A stretch of 56,290 bases of DNA, filler included, from Basidiobolus ranarum (lineage: Eukaryota), in the NCBI GenBank assembly GCA_040143965.1. It is 5 parts of 5 records of this genome, joined end to end, with 100 filler letters (N's around TTAATTAATTAA, not from the genome) between each part and the next. Parts side by side here need not be neighbours in the genome. Positions count along the whole stretch, not along the records: positions 45,144 to 56,290 come from JASJQH010007509.1; 4 more parts are not named here. One strand, written 5' to 3'. Both the position numbers and the translations under genes were made by a program. The notes beneath the pieces were generated by a model. The model searched no databases. It was not told where the DNA came from and saw nothing but the letters and a program-made list of their open reading frames with translations. Every line of letters starts with the position of its first letter. The first letter of the stretch is position 1. This document shows positions 51,930 through 56,290 of this stretch, one piece after another.

Positions 51930-53199
51930 AGTTGATACAAATTAATGATTTCACTATCTTGAAGATTACCCGTTTAAATAGTTTTTCGAGGTTTGCTATA
52001 CCAATGACGAATATACTCATAACCTCAATCTAGTCACCTTTGAGGGATCTTATTCGAAAATTTCTAGGGTTTCTAGTTGGCAATTACTAATCTTCAAGGT
52101 GATGACATATGCTACCACTAAGCCACAAGCCGTGCCTACCACTTGTATTGGTACCAATTCTATTCACTTATTACTTTATTACTGGTACATGTAGTTATAT
52201 ACGGACAAGGATAAACTCATAACTACCGGTTATATGGAGACTGTAGTATAGTGTTTATTTGCAGCTAGTCTCAATCCCCGCTATTCCTTTAAATTTCTTC
52301 CATGCATGTCTACAATTCAACAAGTTGCATAAAGAAATACAGAAGGATTTGGGAGATTTTTAGAAGGATTAATGTGAGGAGCCTATCTTCTATATGTATG
52401 TCTGCACTAGGAGAAATTAATGGGAGTGTAGATCCCCCTACGAAAACCTCGCTCATTTGTTAAGAAAAAGATGGAGAAAAAAATTGAAGCTTACAGACGG
52501 ATGAATTACGCAAAGTGCCATTGCAAGTTCGTGACTGATGCTGACATCTGCGGATGATTCAAGCGTGATTGGGCTTATCTACCTTTGATCAGCAACAATG
52601 TAGGAGAAGCCCAAGCCTTAGGTTGGGTCGTGCTAGTTTGGTATTACAAGTACCACACTCCTTACGAATATCAAACCAGCAGACTGAATTCATATATATG
52701 TGAGCGCGCTTCAATTGTTAATTAGTTGCATATTGACTATCTGTTTTATTCTAATAAGTGAGGATTCACTGTTTGAGGTGTATGTAGGCCCAAAAGGATA
52801 TGATATGATAGGAAGAAGGTATAGGCAAGATATACTACAAGAAGAGAAAATAAATGGAAGCTTCAACCAGGAATGAAATATGTTGCTAGGTGTACAGAGG
52901 GTGGTTCTGGCTTCTGGACCGAAGTTTTGTGTTGCATGGGTGGGGCGGGGGAAGAGGTTTTCGGAGAGACTAATTAAGTTAAAAGCTAAAATACATCAGA
53001 TTAATCAATACTTTTAAATATAATAATCGGCGTGGCAAGGAAAGAATATGTAATATGATTAATGAAAATCTCGGTAATCCTGTTTTGCGGACGTGAGAAC
53101 CATCTGATGGGTTTTTTAGTGTATCGTGTCTAAAATGGTAACTATAGTGGGTACTCTTGTTCTATAATATTAAATGACAAGGTACCCGCTCTTTACCCT

Positions 53200-54339
53200 C
53201 TATTCGTTGACTCCGTGAAGTCCAAAGTTTCTCCCATCGGCAGGACTGGCCGGCGATGGCCCATTTAATTTCTCTAGAAGACTTGACGAGCGTGGACAAG
53301 GCCGGTTGGAAGGGATTTCCTGGACTTCTTCGTATTGGGATTTGACTAAGTCATTGTTGTGAGAGTATGCTTTCAAATGCTTGGGAGATTCGATTCGGTT
53401 GTTGGGGTGATGTACTTTACAACCAGATAGTGTTGCACTCTTGAGGTGATTACTTAGATACACCTTATGATCACGCACCATCACCTCTAATACAGACATG
53501 GTAAAGTCTACTGGCGACAAAGGAAGACAACTAGAAGACACTTTCGATGGGTTGTAAAAGTGGTGTAGCATCCTACTGCGCGTCTCAAATTGTTGCTGAA
53601 TCTGATTTAGCATCTCCCGTTGAGTGGGCCCTTCAGGATAAGTCAAACTGGCATAACGGAGCAAGAACTGATGACAATACCGATCATTCCAACGAAGTCT
53701 AGTTGCCACATTTCTACACAATTGGATGATCATAAATGGCTCCCAGGTTTGAGTAAAGTGATGAATAAAACTTGATGCATTACTGGAGGTTTCTCCAATA
53801 ACCAGTGTAGCTACCAGGTCTACTACTAAGGGCATCCGCCAATTTTGACTGAGCTCTGATACTAAAGAAACAAATTTGGCATGTCCAATTCCCCAATGAT
53901 ATAGTAATTTGATCAAAAGTTCGGCTGACTTATGAACACTCCACCCTTCAACTATCCACTTTACAGCTCGTGAGATGGCACTAGGGTTCGTATCTTCGAA
54001 CTCTAGTATGAATTTACGGAGATAAAATACCACACAATCTATGTTGTTCTCGTTGCGAATCCAAGTTTCAAATTGTGTGCCATACTGTTCGTCCATAGCT
54101 AATAAATAAACGAGGTTAATGAGGGGAACCTGCAAAAGCTAACTCAGTAGTGACAACTCACCTCGAATAGTTCTGCCAACGTCAACTTCAGAGTCTGGAT
54201 TTTGTAAATCTAAAGGTTCAAAAAGGCCCACCAGTTAGTTCACATTCGGAAAAAGAACACGATAAGCTGTTAGCATTATTAAGGACATACCAATGGGGCT
54301 CGATGAGGTTTTAGATATATCAAAAGGTTGCTTAAACAT
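53200..54339 (-). CDS. Uncharacterised helical-repeat protein with periodic Trp, 3 exons
   Basis: Exons 54339-54291, 54209-54162 and 54098-53200 join in frame (MFKQPFDISK..DLQNPDSEVDVGRTIRAMDEQYG...); start codon tentative. Confidence 0.72.
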
Positions 54340-56290
54340 TTCAAAAAGCTGTATTCAATATAGAAAAGAAGTCGGTGTGTATGGGTAGCGGGAGAGATCC
54401 GGTATATGCTTGCTAACTAGAAAGGTAACGAAAGCCAAGATAAGGTGCCAGTTCAAGACGCAGAAAGAGAAAATTTCGATGTTCGAGCTGGGCTGACAAT
54501 TTGTTGGATGAGACAGAAAGCCAACGTTTATAGGCATCTCGGATATTAGGTAACTAGGCCATCCATACTCTGTCCCACAATAAAACCTATACAGTTATTT
54601 CTACTGAATAATGTTGCACTATAGTAATTCGTCTACAATTACCCACTGATTTGAATATTATCCCATCTGGATCAAGGGCTGTCCCTCAAAGAATCTTCGC
54701 TTACCATTCACTCCGAAACCGGAAATTGATGTACAGTAACAATTGATCGCCGATTAAAATTAAACTCCCTATAATTTCTCAACAGCTACAGCATCTAAAA
54801 AGAAATGATTGTTTACTTCTAACGGTCTTATGCAAGGTGTCCTACCATGCGCTAGAAGCTTTATAGACCGTACTTGCGGTGAATATTGAGTTTCCGATAC
54901 TAACGGTGACCGGCAATATTCGTAGAAGGCACTTGTCGATATTTAAGGAAAGAAATTAGCCTCAACATGTCTATCATGATGAATATTAATCGATCAATCC
55001 TACTATGGCAATCATCAGATTCAGCGACTGTTCATGGATTAAACAGGGTCACGCAGAAAGCTTAATTGATTACGGTTACAACTGTTGGCACGAGGTATGC
55101 GAGGTCCAAGTCGATCATACACGGAAGAACATACTACGTTACCTCTGTTACAGCAAAACTCATCGCCGGCCTTTAAAAATGAAGTATGTATGCCTATATT
55201 TCGTGACAATCTATTGCGCACAAGCTCCCACATAACTGTTTAGAACTAGCCTCATGCTTTCTGTAACGGCCCCTGTGTAACATCACCATTATCATGGCTT
55301 CAGAGAAAGCGTCTGCGAATGGCTCTTATCCAAGCAATACATTAAATTAATGATCCATTACGACTTGTAGTATAACTGTAGGCAATGGGATGTGATGGGA
55401 AATTAATCATTGAATATCATCTTAATCAGTTGGGGATTGATTTGGAAATCTTACAGGCTAACAATAGATGAAATGAACGTATTCTTACATACTACATGAT
55501 TGGGCTTTTCATCGTGAACTGTACATATCTTGAGCTCTCAGACATGATCATACGCTTAGAGTGGTTTCAGGCCGCCATCTCCAGATCGTTTCTGATCGTT
55601 AAGAGATGAGAGCATCCCAATGCAACAGGGAGTATTATTGCCTGATTCAATTTCACCAATTTCACCTGGGCTCGGCCGTATGTTGGCTGGTTTGTACACA
55701 ATGTAGTATTCTCGTACCGACTCCAAGCCCACTATAACCTGTGCAAATCCACGATACCTCGAGACAGAAGCTACATCCGTAGAGGCCCTGCGCCAGCCAT
55801 TCATTCGGCTTGGAAGAATATATCAAGCACGAATGAATACCGGTTTAATATATTGGTTGCCATAAAGGCGCTCAGAAACATGTCACCTGAGCTACCCTAA
55901 TTTAAGCCTAAACCTAAAAGCCCCAAACCAAATGTAAAAAACGTGGCTGACTGAAGAGCGCAAAGCCGAAGGCTACAATAAGATATCGGTAAGGCTCATT
56001 CTACAGGGTGTGGCGTGGTACCCAAACTTCATATCTGATTTGGATCAGGAAGAAGGGAACCCAATGTTTGGGTTGAAACCGCTACAGGAAGCTTTCTATG
56101 TGCTGCGAATGAGCCGGCCCGAGATTTAGTACGTCTGATACCACTTCCCATTTAGGTGCATCGTGAACGCAGCATTTCCCAGTTGAATGGCTACTGCTCA
56201 TCTTGATGCAACCGGTCCAAAACCGTGACAGTCTAGTCAAGTCCTATCTGCGGTGAGGTTGGGTGCAAGCAATTATTTAGATCTGTTTGT

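Noticed and set aside
55556..56290. GC-richer terminal stretch with short ORFs
   Set aside because: All frames are interrupted and no motif is recognisable, so no call can be supported.

Overview
Eukaryotic (fungal) genomic DNA: AT-rich, with short GT-AG introns and a gene content that suggests an early-diverging fungus (Zoopagomycota/Mucoromycota; inferred, not proven). The window is very probably not one locus. Four identical 100-nt spacers (N44-TTAATTAATTAA-N44) split it into five pieces of 11204, 11194, 11178, 11167 and 11147 bp. The strictly decreasing lengths indicate size-sorted, concatenated contigs, so adjacency across the gaps carries no information. Piece 1: Ty1/copia remnant, a 4-TM protein, a PRX5-type peroxiredoxin, a SPOUT1-like methyltransferase, a 7-TM protein and a truncated V-ATPase subunit a. 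Piece 2: tail of a GPI-anchored protein, a possible orphan gene, a PL14 lyase, an alpha-arrestin and a copia 3' end. Piece 3: gypsy fragment, F-box/LRR gene, nested solo LTRs and a HAL/SAT4-type kinase. Piece 4: DM9-repeat protein and a PCL cyclin. Piece 5: DBP7 helicase, a BRI3-like protein, a Pirh2-like E3 ligase, an AAD-type aldo-keto reductase and a Trp-periodic repeat protein. I found no tRNA, rRNA or CRISPR array and no convincing novel multi-gene system. The best leads are a Pirh2-like ligase with a predicted N-terminal membrane anchor, a copia family inserted twice into its own LTRs, near-total CpG loss in the transposons, and several uncharacterised spliced proteins that the ORF track misses.
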